DNA of 64,000 bases from Malacoraja senta (lineage: Eukaryota): NCBI GenBank assembly GCA_038087875.1, contig JAXLNO010000571.1, positions 1 through 64,000 on the forward strand, written 5' to 3'. Each line of letters starts with the position of its first letter. The first letter of the stretch is position 1. The position numbers and the translations under genes were made by a program. Below the pieces are notes generated by a model. It saw only the letters and a list, made by a program, of their open reading frames with translations. It had not been told where the DNA came from and did not search any database. Shown here in pieces: positions 12,137 through 25,235 of this stretch.

Positions 12137-13753
12137 CAGTGGCTTGCAAAAGTATTCATACCCCTTGAACTTTTCCACATTTTGTCACGTTACAACCACA
12201 AACGTAAATGTATTTTATTGGGATTTTATGTGATAGACCAACACAAAGTGGCACATAATTGTGAAGTGGAAGGAAAATGATACATGGTTTTTAAATTTTT
12301 TTACAAATAAAAAACTGAAAAGTGTCGCGTGCAAAAGTATTCAGCCCCCTTTACTCTGATACCCCTAAATAAAATCCAGTGCAACCAATTGCCTTCAGAA
12401 GTCACCTAATTAGTAAATAGAGTCCACTTGTGTGTAATCTAATCTCAGTATAAATACAGCTGTTCTGTGAAGGCCTCAGAGGTTTGTTAGAGAACATTAG
12501 TGAACAAACAGCATCATGAAGCCCAAGGAACACACCAGACAGGTTAGGGATAAAGTTGTGGAGAAGTTTAAAGCAGGGTTAGGTTATAAACAAATATCCC
12601 ACGCTTTGAACATCTCACGGAGCACTGTTCAATCCATCATCCGAAAATGAAAAGAGTATGGCACAACTGCAAACCTACCAAGACATGGCCGTCCACCTAA
12701 ACTGACAGGCTGGGCAAGGAGAGCATTGATCAGAGAAGTAGCCAAGAGGCCCACGGTAACTCTGGAGGAGCTGCAGAGATCCACAGCTCAGGTGGGAGAA
12801 TCTGTCCACAGGACAACTATTAGTCGTGCACTCCACAAATCGGGCCTTTATGGAAGAGTGGCAAGAAGAAAGCCATTGTTGAAAAAAAGCCATAAGAAGT
12901 CCCGTTTGCAGTTTGCCACAAGCCATGTGGGGGACACAGCAAACATGTGGAGGAAGGTGCTCTGGTCAGATGAGACCAAAATTGAAGTTTTTGGCCTAAA
13001 TGCAAAACGCTATGTGTGGCGGAAACCTAACATTGCACATCACCCTGAACACACCATCCCCACTGTGAAACATGGTGGTGGCAGCATCATGCTGTGGGGA
13101 TGCCTTTCTTCAGCAGGGACAGGGAAGCTGGTCAGAGTTGATGGGAAGATGGATGGAGCCAAATACAGGGCAATCTTGAAAGAAAAGCTGTTAGAGTCTG
13201 CAAAAGACTTGAGACTGGGGCGGAGGTTCACCTTCCAGCAGGACAACGACCCTAAACATACAGCCAGAGCTACAATGGAATGGTTTAGATCAAAGCATAT
13301 TCATGTGTTAGAATGGCCCAGTCAAAGTCCAGACCTAAATCCAATTGAGAATCTCTGGCAAGACTTGAAAATTGCTGTTCACAGACGCTCTCCATCCAAT
13401 CTGACTGAGCTTGAGCTATTTTGCAAAGAAGAATGGGTAAAAATGTCAGTCTCTAGATGTGCAAAGCTGGTAGAGACATACCCCAAAAGACTTGCAGCTG
13501 TAATTGCAGCAAAAGGTGGTTCTACAAAGTATTGACTCAGGGGGGCTGAATACCTTTGCACGCGACACTTTTCAGTTTTTTATTTGTAAAAAAAATTGAA
13601 AACCATGTAGCAGTTTCCTTCCACTTCACAATTATGCACCACTTTGTGTTGGTCTATCACATAAAATCACAATAAAATACATTTACGTTTGTGGTTGTAA
13701 CGTGACAAAATGTGGAAAAGTTCAAGGGGTATGAAAACTTTTGCAAGCCACTG
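12137..13753 (+). mobile_element. Tc1-like DNA transposon copy 2 (1617 bp)
   Basis: Same TIRs as copy 1, TA flanks at 12135-36 and 13754-55; inserted in the CR1 tail repeat. Confidence 0.98.
12516..13535 (+). pseudogene. Tc1 DD34E transposase with a single premature stop
   Basis: MKPKEHTRQVRDKVV...IIRK*KEYG (TGA 12648-12650), then open through [27 protein letters not shown]; 34 residues between second D and E. Confidence 0.96.
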
Positions 13754-13861
13754 TATGTATCCATGTTTTCCAGGGATGCTGCCTGACCCGCTGAGTTACT
13801 CCAGCACTTTGTGTCTTTTTTTTGTAAAACAGCACCTGCTGTTCCTTGTGTCTGCATCGCG

Positions 13862-13924
13862 CATAAATAGTTTGTCTTGCAGCATACATAAATAGTTTGT
13901 CTTGCAGCATACATAAATAGTTTG
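13862..13924. repeat. 25-bp tandem repeat, 2.5 copies
   Basis: CATAAATAGTTTGTCTTGCAGCATA at 13862, 13887, partial at 13912. Confidence 0.9.
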
Positions 13925-14706
13925 CAGATTCTGGAAGATGGGCTCTTCAGGGATAGGCTCCAGCTGGAAGTTATATTCCTCCCAACCAGAAGAAGTTACT
14001 GTGGGTGGTATCCCCTCTTGTATCAGATACTAGATCACATTGACAGAACTGCCTGCGTTATCGATAAAAATCACGTACAATGTTGATGTTTCGCTGCACA
14101 TAATACAAAGTAGGATAAAATGGAAACAATACAAGTTTTTGTTTTAAATCTTGTTATGGTGCTGCCCAAAGTTAATGGATTGAGTTTTAGTTCTATCACC
14201 CACTAACATTCAATTTTTCTCACAACTGCAGTTCTTTTGCCAATCTCACTTAATATCACAGTGCGAGGTATGAGAAAGCTGGTCCCCAGTGTGAAAATAT
14301 TACCGTTGTGATGAAAATACAATGTTTACTGCTCCTATTTTTAGTATAAAAATGTCACCACAGCCTTAGGCAGGTCACCTCAGTAGTTAGCAATTATATT
14401 AGAGCAAGTCTGCTATTGAATGTCGTATTTGAGATTGTTAAACCCAAATATCTTAAACAACAAACAAACACAATTTCACATGGGTATATGTGCAGGTTAA
14501 ATAGCACTCACTTTTCCCATTCTCTTACATTCCTCACTTTTAATATTCTCGATGTCTTTATCTCCTATTAATAATACTCTGCTCCCATTTGAGTTCCTTC
14601 CATTGTATCTTTTTTGGAGTCTTGCACAGTCTGTCTCTATGAACGTGTGCCTTGCTTCCTCCCATTATTTATCTTCCATTGTTTCACTCAGTTTAACTGT
14701 TTGCAG

Positions 14707-14773
14707 ATATATTATTACAGATCTAATTACGAGCAAAGAAGTCTTACAGATGAAGGAAGGTTACATTGGCATG
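14707..14773 (+). CDS. Candidate internal exon of unidentified gene
   Basis: Pyrimidine-rich upstream, TTGCAG acceptor, ATG|GTAAC donor, two open frames (e.g. YIITDLITSKEVLQMKEGYIGM). Confidence 0.25.
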
Positions 14774-15934
14774 GTAACCAGTGGCATGAGACTGCATTTA
14801 TAATAGTTAAATTAAACATATAAGGTTCTGAACCTTTGGAGAAATTATCACTGAGATAAACCCTTGAGTCCTTTTTATGTGCAGCAACTTGCCATCTGAT
14901 TGAGCTGGGTTTCATCAGGTTGAGTCACTTTAACAAAGCAAGGTCATCTGTAAGATTCAGCTTCCAGTTCTGCCGTGCAACTGATATTACTGTGGCAACC
15001 ATCACGTGACCACAGATGGGACTAGTCTACCTCCTGCTAAATCACAGTCAAATGCACTTCCAAAAGCGTAGTCTGACAACAATTTATACAGCCCTTTTAT
15101 ATTAAAAAGCAATACTAAAAGTGGACATTTAATATATTTGGAGTTTACATTCAGTGCCGGGAAATGGTGCTGAATCCAGACTCCAAACCAATTATTCCAC
15201 GGAGCAAAGGCATCGCAATACATTCAAATTGATTTTAACTCTCTAAGTGGCACACTTCTGAAAGCAAGCCTAGTGTTTTAAAGTCCAGTCTGAAGAAGGG
15301 TCCTGACCTGAAACATCATCCATCCCTTTTCTCCAGAGATGCTGCCTGACCCGCTGAGTTACTCCAGCATGTTGTGTCTATCCAGTCTTTTAAAGGATTG
15401 AAATGTCCCATCAGAACAGTTCCTCTTTCCCCAATATTGATGCCAATGTCCCACAAATTCAAATCCACTTCTCCACCATCAATCCTTGAGCCACAAACAT
15501 GTGTCATTTTACTTTTGTACAAAGAATAAATTTGTCTTTCAAAATCACAGATTTTTAAAAATCGTACATATTAGTTTAAGAATTCTGTGCCTATTCCAAC
15601 ATTTCCAATCATAAAATTAGAACTTAGCAAGAATGCTTTATTAAAAGGTGAACATTTCCACACTTATTCTCCTGTTCAGTGTGGGAAAGGTTTGAGTAAT
15701 GCATGCATGAGAAGACATGTACACAAGTCGAGAGACTTGAGCACAGAAACTGAGGCTTCCTCTCCAAAAACAATAGTGAGGCAGTGCAAGAGTTACCTTG
15801 AATTGTGTCTAAGACAGGGAGAGGTCTATATCTACCCAGTGTAGAGAGAGTACCAGAGTTGGCCTAAATGGCTGTGCATTTCTAAGGGACTGCTATATCT
15901 GTGCAGTGCTGAGGGACTGCTGGAGAGGTGACCT

Positions 15935-16120
15935 AGATTTCTGCACTGTACCGAGGGAGTACTGCACTATCCGAGATGTTATTTTATGAATGTGATGTTA
16001 AACCAAAGTCCTGCCTGTACTCTTTAGTTGAATGCCAAAGAACATCGAGGTATGAGCAAAAGCAAGGGAGTTATCCCCAATGTCCTGTATAATGTTCATC
16101 CTTCAAGGTCACAAAAGTAG
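15935..16120 (+). mobile_element. Ancient Deu-domain SINE fragment (SacSINE1/AmnSINE1-like)
   Basis: GAGGGAGTACTGCACT...GATGTTAAACCAAAGTCCTGCCTG...GGGAGTTATCCCC...GTCCTG resembles the Deu domain as I recall it. Confidence 0.6.
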
Positions 16121-16785
16121 ATTAACTTAGTATTAACTAACTGACTGACATTTTGTCAAGCTTGCAACGCACAGATGGGTTCCATATTCCCTGCGTTATA
16201 AACAATAACATAAACCTTCGGAAATACTCAGGAGGTCTGGCTGCTTCTATGGAAAGAGCATCATAGTTAATGGTTTGGGTCAATAATCCATCATCAGAAA
16301 AGGGCAAAGTGAGAGAACAAGTTTGTTTTAAGTTGTACAAAGAGTGGGAGACAGTGTATAGACAATGGGAATATACCTGAGCCAAGGTTGCCCAGGTGAT
16401 CCCAATATTTATAGAACCATTTGTTTAGTAAATTTGTGAGAAAGGAGAATTAAAAAAAAAATTGTTCTATGATGCTATGAAAACAATGGACATATTAAAT
16501 TCAAAGTTAGACAAATAATACAGGAGAAACTCAGCGGGTGAGGCAGCATCAATGGAGAGAAGGAATTGGCGACGTTTCGGGTCGAGACCCGAATTCAAAG
16601 GTGTTGCTGAAAGCTGAAACCAAAAGGAGAAGCTGGAAATACTTGACAGATTAGGCACTGTCTGTATGAGGAAAAATTAAGTTATGGATTATCTAACAGC
16701 AGAATGAAACAATTCTTATATGGGAAAAGTATCTCAAATTGTTGAATTCAATATCGAGTTGCAAAGGCTGCAAAATGCCTGGCGC

Positions 16786-17290
16786 CAGGGTTGCCATCTG
16801 TCCCTTATTAGCCGGGACATCCCGTATATTGGGTTAAATTGGTTTGTCCCATACGGGACCACCCTTGTCCTGTATTTGACTGCTACTACTCGGGTTGAGG
16901 GGACTGTCGGGTCGGAGCGCCACGTCCGGCCCCGCCTCACCCGTCCCGACGTAGTGCAGCCCATGGAGTGCAGCAGCAGCACCTCGCCCGTGGCCCCGTC
17001 GGTCGGCAGCCCGGCCAGCTGTCCGACCTTCGGACCTTCGCTTACCGCCGACAACACCACCCCTCCTTTTCATGGCCGATCATCGGTTCATGAGTTGGAT
17101 GGGGTGCCGGACTTGCATGTAAAGTCTGGCGCCCGGGCCAAAACTCCTCAGCTGGCCAGCCAGCTGGGCTTTGTGTGCAGTCCAGCTCCCGGGCCAACTC
17201 ATCATTCACCCAGCCAACGAATTGCTGTCGAATTGTCCCTTATTTTGACCTTTTGTCCCTTATTTCGGAGTGAGAAAGTTGGCAACCCTA
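16786..17290. mobile_element. Non-autonomous hAT-like element (~505 bp)
   Basis: TIRs CAGGGTTGCCA / TGGCAACCCTA, subterminal TGTCCC motifs, degenerate 8-bp TSD CCTGGCGC / CCTGGGTC, GC-rich interior. Confidence 0.8.
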
Positions 17291-17476
17291 CCTGGGTCCC
17301 TGAGGTGCTGTTCCTCATGCTTACGTCAGGCTTTGCTGGAACAGTTTGGAAGGCCACAGGAAGAAAGGCCAGCGTGAGAGCAGGATGGAGAATTCAACTA
17401 CCAGGCAGATGGAATTTCAGAGTTAGTCTTGCAGATTGAAGGACGTGCCCTGCAAACTAATCACTGAATGTAGACC

Positions 17477-17775
17477 TTAGACTTTAGAGGTACAGCGTGG
17501 AAGCAGGCCCTTCGGTCCAACGAGTCCATGCTGACCGGCGTTCAGCCCATACACTAACAGTATCCTACACCCTGGGGACACTATTTACTGAAGCCAATTA
17601 ATCTACAAACATGTCTTTGGAGTGTGGGAGGAAACTGGAGCACTCAGAGAAAACCCGTGCGATCACAGGGAGAAAGTACAAACTCTGTACAGACAATACA
17701 ATGTAGTCAGGATCGAACCTGGGTCTCTGGCGCTATAAGGCAGCAACTTTACCTGCTGTGCCACTGTGCTGCCCT
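17477..17775 (-). mobile_element. HE1-like SINE
   Basis: Full-length match to other copies, B-box GGTTCGATCC on - strand. Confidence 0.88.
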
Positions 17776-19781
17776 AATCTACTACAACAATGATCATAGC
17801 TCAAAAATATTTTCCTGTCTTTGAAATATTGCAAAGTTGTGAAGCTGCTGTGTAACCATTAATGCATTTTTAATTCTTGCCATTTGGACCTGCAGAATGT
17901 TCCTGAACCTCATTCTCATCAAACTGACAACCTGGTCCAGCAACCCCCACTCTGACTCTATCTACTTTCTTGCCATTTACATCCACATCTTTACATCTGC
18001 ATTCAGTCTTCTTTTGACTACCTATGCAGCAAGGCAGAATATTGCAAGTCCAATTACTCTGGTTTGCATATGAAGATTTCAATCAAGAAATTCGAGTGCA
18101 CCTGGCAGTAACTACTCATCAATAACTACTTTGGTAAAGTACAAACATCAGTAGTGCCATAAACCATTGTTACTGAATGGGCAAAGACACTGTGCTGTTC
18201 TTGTACAGTGATGTACAATGGGGGATGTACAGTACAGTTTTTGGAATATATCATTGCTCTACTGAATACTGCACAGAGGCATGATTTATAAGCTACCGCA
18301 TTGCAATACAGAATATTGCAGGATGGGGTGTTGAAAGGGTGGGGTGCTGGCATTAATGAGAGAAGGCCCAGTTAATATGTTAAGTGACGTGTTGGAAGTG
18401 GTTGATGAGAAGGTGAGAGGCGTAACAATGGGGACTTCCAAAAGTCAGAGTCAGGTTTGGACTGATATGACAATAGGCCAAAGGATGGTTTGGGCTGGAC
18501 TACGTGGAAGTTTGCTGGACTAAATGGAAAGTGAGGCGAAGCGGTGTGAGGAGATTAATTTATTGTTCGGGCGAGGATTCTGGTTTGTGCTGGTTGTGTG
18601 GCTGGTATCTTAGCAGACCACAAAGGTTGTGGGTTTGAGATCTGGAACACAGAGGGTCAGGGTGAGGACCAATGTAGAGCGTGGCGGCAGATTGGTGACT
18701 TGATCTTGTATAACTGAAAAAGTGTTTTTCCTTAATTTTCACATCTTTCATTATTTTTCAATTCCCCATATTGCATTTCCCCCTCCTATATTAGTAACAA
18801 TTCAGAGCACCAAGCTCTGGGGTAACATCTTGCCCACTATTCACAGCTCTCCAGACCTGCGTAGGGACTGATCAGGAGAAAAATGGGACATCAGTTAAGG
18901 TCATGACATGGTCAGGCTGAGAGCTAAATCAGTCCTTTAAATAAACTTATAACCACTTCAGAAATGTTTGCACCGTGCAAATGCCATGCACAATCTCTTG
19001 ATGTTTGAAACTTCAGAGAATATTCTGTATTGCAATGCAGTAGTTTATGAATTATGCCTCTATGCAATATTTAGTCGGGCAACAATATTTTGCAGAAACA
19101 AAGAACTGCAAATGCTGGTTTATACCAAAGATAAACACAAAGTGCTGGCATAACTCAGCGGTCAGGCAGCATCTCCAGAGAAAAGGGATAGGTGACATTT
19201 CGGGTCGGGACCCTTCTTCAGTCTGAAGATGCCTGACCCGCTGAGTAACGCCTGCATTTTTGGCATATTTTAAAATTACACCGCATCTTTTTCAACACAG
19301 TTTCTCTGAAATTAATGAATCTTTGAATCTGAATGTTGGTCAGCCTTGGGCTATTTAAAACTCAGTTATTTGTTCCTATAGATTAAAGGAAAATTAATCA
19401 AATTTTGTAACTGAAAATGTGTCACAAAATGTCAAATGCAGTAATTCTGAATCTTTTGAAATATTTTTCAGTGCACGATTTTAATACTTCCATGACAATT
19501 ATCATTCATGAATGAAACTTTTTTTTCATTTGAAGTAAGACACTGTCCAAACTCTGGCTGAAATTCTGACAATGTAAGGTAACACTGAGTATTACCAGGA
19601 GTCCTTGACGTATTGCCCTTCTCTGGAGGGCACTCCAAAAATAGTTTTAGATGACACTGAAGCTGTCATAAAAGTAGGACAATTGAATGCAGAATAAATT
19701 ACACTGGGTTAATGGAAGGAGAAAGCTCAGATTAAATAAAGGGGAGAAATTATTTTGCCCAAGCCTGCACTATAGACCTAC

Positions 19782-20087
19782 CTTAGACTTTAGAGATACA
19801 GCATGGAAACAGGCCCTTCAGCCCACTGAGTCCATGCCGACCAGTGATCCCCGTACACTAGCACTATCCTACACTAGGGATTATTTACAATTTTTACTGA
19901 AGCCAATTAACCTACAAACATGCACGTCTTTGGAATGTGGGAGGAAACTGAAGCACCCAGAGGAAACTCACGCGGTCACGGGAAGAACGTGCAAACTCCG
20001 TACAGACAGCACCCGTAGTCAGGATCGAACCCGGGTCTTTTGCGCTGTAAGGCAGCAACTTTATCGCTGCACCACTGTGCCGCCCCT
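19782..20087 (-). mobile_element. HE1-like SINE
   Basis: Full-length; A/B-box head, core and CTCTAAAGTCTAA tail. Confidence 0.9.
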
Positions 20088-23000
20088 AGATAGGAGTGAT
20101 ATTATCAGCTGCTGACTGTAATCACCCTGTCATTCCATTCCACTGAAGCTCATGATGTGCAGAGTACTGTACCAATATGACAGAGGCACACAGTGTGTTT
20201 AAATCTCACTGGAGAGGGAACACACGGTGTCCACTGGGACCCTGGAGGCCTTCAGTGAATGCTGGTCACCGTGGGAGGTCGAGCGTATTGTAGATAAAGA
20301 TGGCACGATTGTATTATAATGATCGCCTAATGTAATGTGACTATTAAAAGTATTTGTACCATTTGACACTGTAACATGCAAATACTGAATTATGTCCTTG
20401 TTAAGAAGGGAAAAAAAAGTGTGTTTAAAAACAGTTCCATAGGAACAAGGATTCAGCCTGTCGGGTCCAATTGCCAATAAAACACAATTTGAGTGTTCTG
20501 TAACTCAATTCCATTTGGCCATCTTTGATGCTCTACCTCGATACCTATAGCTAAAAAGATAATGTCATCATAACCCTAGTCAATAAAAAAGTGAATCCTT
20601 TTCTTGAAGTTTCGTGAAGCAGCTTTTAGATTTCCTCTGGCCTTCATCAAAGCAAAACATGACACAAAGTGCTGGAGTAACACAGCGAGTCAGGCAGCAT
20701 ATGTGGAGAATATGGATTGGAAACATCCTGGGTCAGGACCTTTCTTCTGAAGAAGGGCAGCATCTCTGGATGAACAAAATGTGTGCCTTCTTCAGACGAC
20801 GGGTCCTGAATCGAAACGTCACCTATTCATGTTTTCCAGAGGAAGTGGAAGTATATTATCCAGTCCTACTATCCCTAAGGCTGACTTCCTGTGTTTACTC
20901 TGATCATACATCAGCACTACAGAAGCAGGTGGGGCTGGGGCATTGTGACCCGCGATCGGGCATTGGCAACAGTGACAGGAATCAGGGCAAGAATAATCGG
21001 ATATTAAAGGTGAGATAGCATGGATGCTGTGGGTGAGGCATTCTACCTGGAAATTATGGGACTGGAAACCTGTGGTTGTTTGGAGGGCCTTGGTGCATTG
21101 CAGGAGAAGGCAGGTCAGCTCCAATGATGTTGATAGCTCTCCCATTCCAGTACTTGCTGGGGTGTTCACATTGTCCCAGGAGACTTACTGAGTCATATGG
21201 GCCCCATATCTGTGCTGACATTGGAGAATCCAGAGGAGGTTTACGAGAATGTTCCCAGGGATGATTTGGTTAGCATATGGGCGTTTGGTGGCTCTGGGCC
21301 TGTATTTGCTGGAGTTTAGAAGGATGAGGGGCAATCTCCTTGAAATCTACTGAAGCGGACTGCTAGAGCAGCCGGGGGATGGTGTGGAGGATGGTGTGGC
21401 CTGGATCGGGCACCACTGGAGGTGGAGGTGGAGGGAGCAGATCGGACGAGGCCTGCAGCAGCACAGAGGAACAGAGCAAGAGTGGAGAACATCAGCAGCA
21501 TCTCCAGGCCAGGCCGACCCCTGCAACACTGACCCAGGGCCACCACTGAGACAACAAGCCTTTAAGGCCAAGGTAAGAACTCCATATATCTTTAAGAACT
21601 TGAAACTTGAAGGGCACAAGATGGCACTGGAAACAAGGCAACTCCTAGTAATACTGCCTCGGTGAAGTCTAGTATTCTTACTCTATAATTGTTGCACTTT
21701 TGCACATTTATCATTGTGCTAATGTAAAGTACGATTGTGTTGAACTGTATGCAAAGCAAAGAGTTTCACTGTACCGAGGTACATGTGACAATAGAGGGCT
21801 ATTGAACCATTGGGATGGTCAGAAAATCATTCAAAAATGCTGGTACTTGAAATCTGAAATGAAAATAGAAAATACTGGAAATACTCAGCAGGCCATGCAG
21901 CATCTGTGGAAAGTGAAACAATTAATGTTTCAGGTCAAAGGCCCTTCATCAGAATCGACCAAAATTCTGACCTGAAATACAAATGGGAAATTGTCAATTA
22001 TGTTTCATTCCAATCAGCTGATTGATATTTAATTGCGCATTGCTGGAATCAATAAGATTAAACGATTGAACTTCCAGGAACAAGCTTAGAATTTCACCAT
22101 CTCTAACACACAGAGAGAAGACACCAGCTGGGCCTGAGTTGCAATATTAGATGATCGCCTCCTACTGCTTTAGTGTGGCATTCCACATTCTTACTTTTGT
22201 CTTCTAGACTGAGATATTCAATTGGAAGTAAATTTTAACTAACGTTGCATTGTTGCCAAAGGGATTATGAGAAACTAGGACAAGGACACCTTCTATTTGG
22301 TAGTATGATACAACCACACAACTTTAAAATGACAATATTTGAATGACACTAGTCCCACCTACTCCCTTACAATTAAAATTAGTTAAATTATGCAAATGAA
22401 AGCAACGTTTCTGAAACTTCTTTAATTCAGAGCAGGTCCAATACCCGTTGTTAGGATTCAGTTTAGAATTACTACCTTAGCTAATCTACTCACAGAAATG
22501 TTCCACAAATTTGCATTAGAATATGCCAGGTAATTTTTGTAGAATGAAGTAGAATAGACTACAGCAACCTTGCAATTGGTGAAGGTGCAGACATCACAGA
22601 TTTTCTATGAGAATTATGTTTTGTGAGTGCTGTCAACCTACACGAGACTCATATATTTGGAATGTCTGCAAAACTGTCACCAGGATAAGCCGAACAGGAA
22701 GTGTCCATGAAATCAGGTGCGTTATCAGAGTGAGATGATGTTACCCTGTCGTAGAAACATACAGCACAAAAATCGGCCCTTCGACCAAAAGGCCCAAAAT
22801 AATTTCATTGTGCTGTGCATACATGACAATAGAGAACTATTGAACCATTGAACTCACCCACAATGCCCAAGATGCCCCATCTAAGCCAGTCCCATTCTCC
22901 CATATTTAACCTTTATCCCTCCAAACATTCCCTATCTATATACCTACCCAAATGTTTTGTAAATGTTGTTGTAATACCAAACTCAACCACTTCCACCAGC

Positions 23001-24362
23001 TTGTTCCATACGTGTCTACTCCTCTGTGTAAAAAAGTTGTCACTCGGGTTTTTATCAAATCTTTCCCCTCACATTAAACTTATGTCCTATTGTTCTTGAT
23101 TGCCAAACCCTGATAAAAAGATTGTGTGCATTCACCCTATATATGCCAATATGCCCCCCCCCCTTCCCTCCTCCCCATATATTCATATATCTCAGCCAGG
23201 GCACCCACAATTTATTCTCTAGTTTCCCTCATTCTTCTTGGAACTACCTGATTAGGCCCTGCTGATTTATCTACTTTCATACATTTTAAGATATCCAGCA
23301 TCTCCTCTACTGCAAATCAGACTATCCTCAAGATATTCCCATTAACTTTCCCAACTTCCTTGGTCTTCTCGTCTCTCTCCATGGTAAAAACAGAGGAGAT
23401 ATATTCATTGAGGTCTTTGTCCATCTTCTGCAGCTCCACACACAAATACCCACTTTGGTCTTTGAGGGGCCTATTCTCTCCCAGGTACCCTTTTTCCCTT
23501 AACATACTGATAAAATCTCTAGGTTCTCCTTTATCTTTGCCGAAGCTATGTCATGCCGAAGCTATGTCATGCTGTCATTAACATCACTATGAAGTCTTTG
23601 ATAGAAAGCTGGTCCTGCAAGCGGAGGTGATGTGCTGTGCCGTTAGGCTGCATAGACCAGGCAATTTTGTATGGCTGACAACGTGTTCACTGCACTTATT
23701 CCAGGAGTCAGCCTTCAAACCCTCTGAAAACCAAACCGTCAGGAATAGGACGTTAAAGCGAAGAAATAATATTAACTTTCCACAGAAACCTAATTGGTGC
23801 CTGTGATATTTAACCAGCAAGGGAAATGCAGAAAACGATTACCAGAAGATGCAATTATCGGGAAAGATGAATAAATCAGTGAAATAGAAAACTATGAATT
23901 GAACCACTGGGTAACACTGGTGCATTTAGGAGGAAGCTTAATGAAAAATAAACAATTCTAGGAAAACATCTAAAGAAAACCGTAATGTGGACACTAGCAG
24001 ACAGGAACTGTGTAATGATCAGTTTCTATCCTGTGGATTGTATGCCACCTGCCTAATCTTGCAGAATGTATGCAGTGGGACAACATTAAACGTACATGCT
24101 TCATACATATTTATGTAGCAATTAAGCACATTGTTACTCTGTAACATTTAACCAGATCAATTCTGGTTACATATTAATTTTTTATCATACATCTCTGTTT
24201 ATGCTAATCTATCTTTATGCTAATAGCATATATATGGAACTGGCTTTATATAAGCATTTTGTCTTTAGGCTAAGTGATTGTATTTTAAATTACTTCTATA
24301 TTATATTTTTCTCCTCCACGCTGATGACCTGATGGCATTGCAAGGAAGGAAGCAGAAATATA

Positions 24363-25235
24363 GAGGGCGGCATTGGCGCAACGGTAGAGTCCCTGCCTTA
24401 AAGCGCCAGAGACTCAGATTCGATCCTTACCTTGGGTGCTCTCTGTGTGGAGTTTGCACGTGCTCCCTGAGAGCACGTGGGTTTTCTCCGGTTGTTCCGT
24501 TTTCATAGAAAAAACAGGCCATTCGGTCCTTCGAGCCAGCACCGCCATTCAAGGCTGATCATCCAAAGTCAGTACCCCGTTCCTGCTTTTTCCCCATATC
24601 CCTTTAGCCCTAAGAGTGAAATCTAACTCTCTCTTGAAAACATCCAGTGAATTGGCCTCCACTGCCTTCTGTGGCAGAGAATTCCACAGATTCACAAATC
24701 TCTGGGTGAAAATGTTTTTCCTCATCTCAGTCCTAAATGGCCTACCCCTTATTTTTAAACTGCAACCCTGGCTCTGGATTCCCCCAATCGGGAACATTTT
24801 TTCATGCATCTAGCCTGTTCAACCCTTTAAGAATTGTATGTGTTTCTATAAGATCCCTCTCATCCTTCTAAATTCCAATGAGTACAAGCCCAGTCGAACC
24901 ATTCTTTCATCATATGTCAGTCCCGCCATCCCGGAAATTAACCTGGTGAGCCTACGCTGCACTCAATAGCAATAATGTCCTTCCTCAAATTAGCAGACCA
25001 AAACTGCGCACAATACTCGATGTGCGGTCTTCCCAGGGCCCTGCACAACTGCAGTAGGACCTCCTTGCTCCTAAACTCAAAACCTCCCACATTCCATAGA
25101 TGTGCAAGTTTGGAGGTTAATTGGCTTCTGTAAATTGTCCCAAGTGTGTAGGATAGAACTAGTGCACAGGTGATCACTGGTTGGCATGGACTCGGTGGGC
25201 TGAAGGGCCTGTTTCAACGCTGTATCTCTAAATTT
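24363..25235 (+). mobile_element. HE1-like SINE split by an antisense CR1 3' fragment (~24505-25082)
   Basis: SINE head 24363-24500 resumes at CCTCCCACA ~25083; intervening - strand ORF 24549-24809 is CR1 ORF2 C-terminus. Confidence 0.85.

Noticed and set aside
7375..13753. Evidence that the Tc1-CR1-Tc1 block already transposed as one unit
   Set aside because: Copy 2's flanks rejoin as the CR1 tail, and Penelope-derived arms at ~9285 and ~13760 span its outer end, indicating independent insertion.
16720..17439. 239-aa ORF
   Set aside because: Runs through a GC-rich non-autonomous hAT-like element; no recognisable domain.
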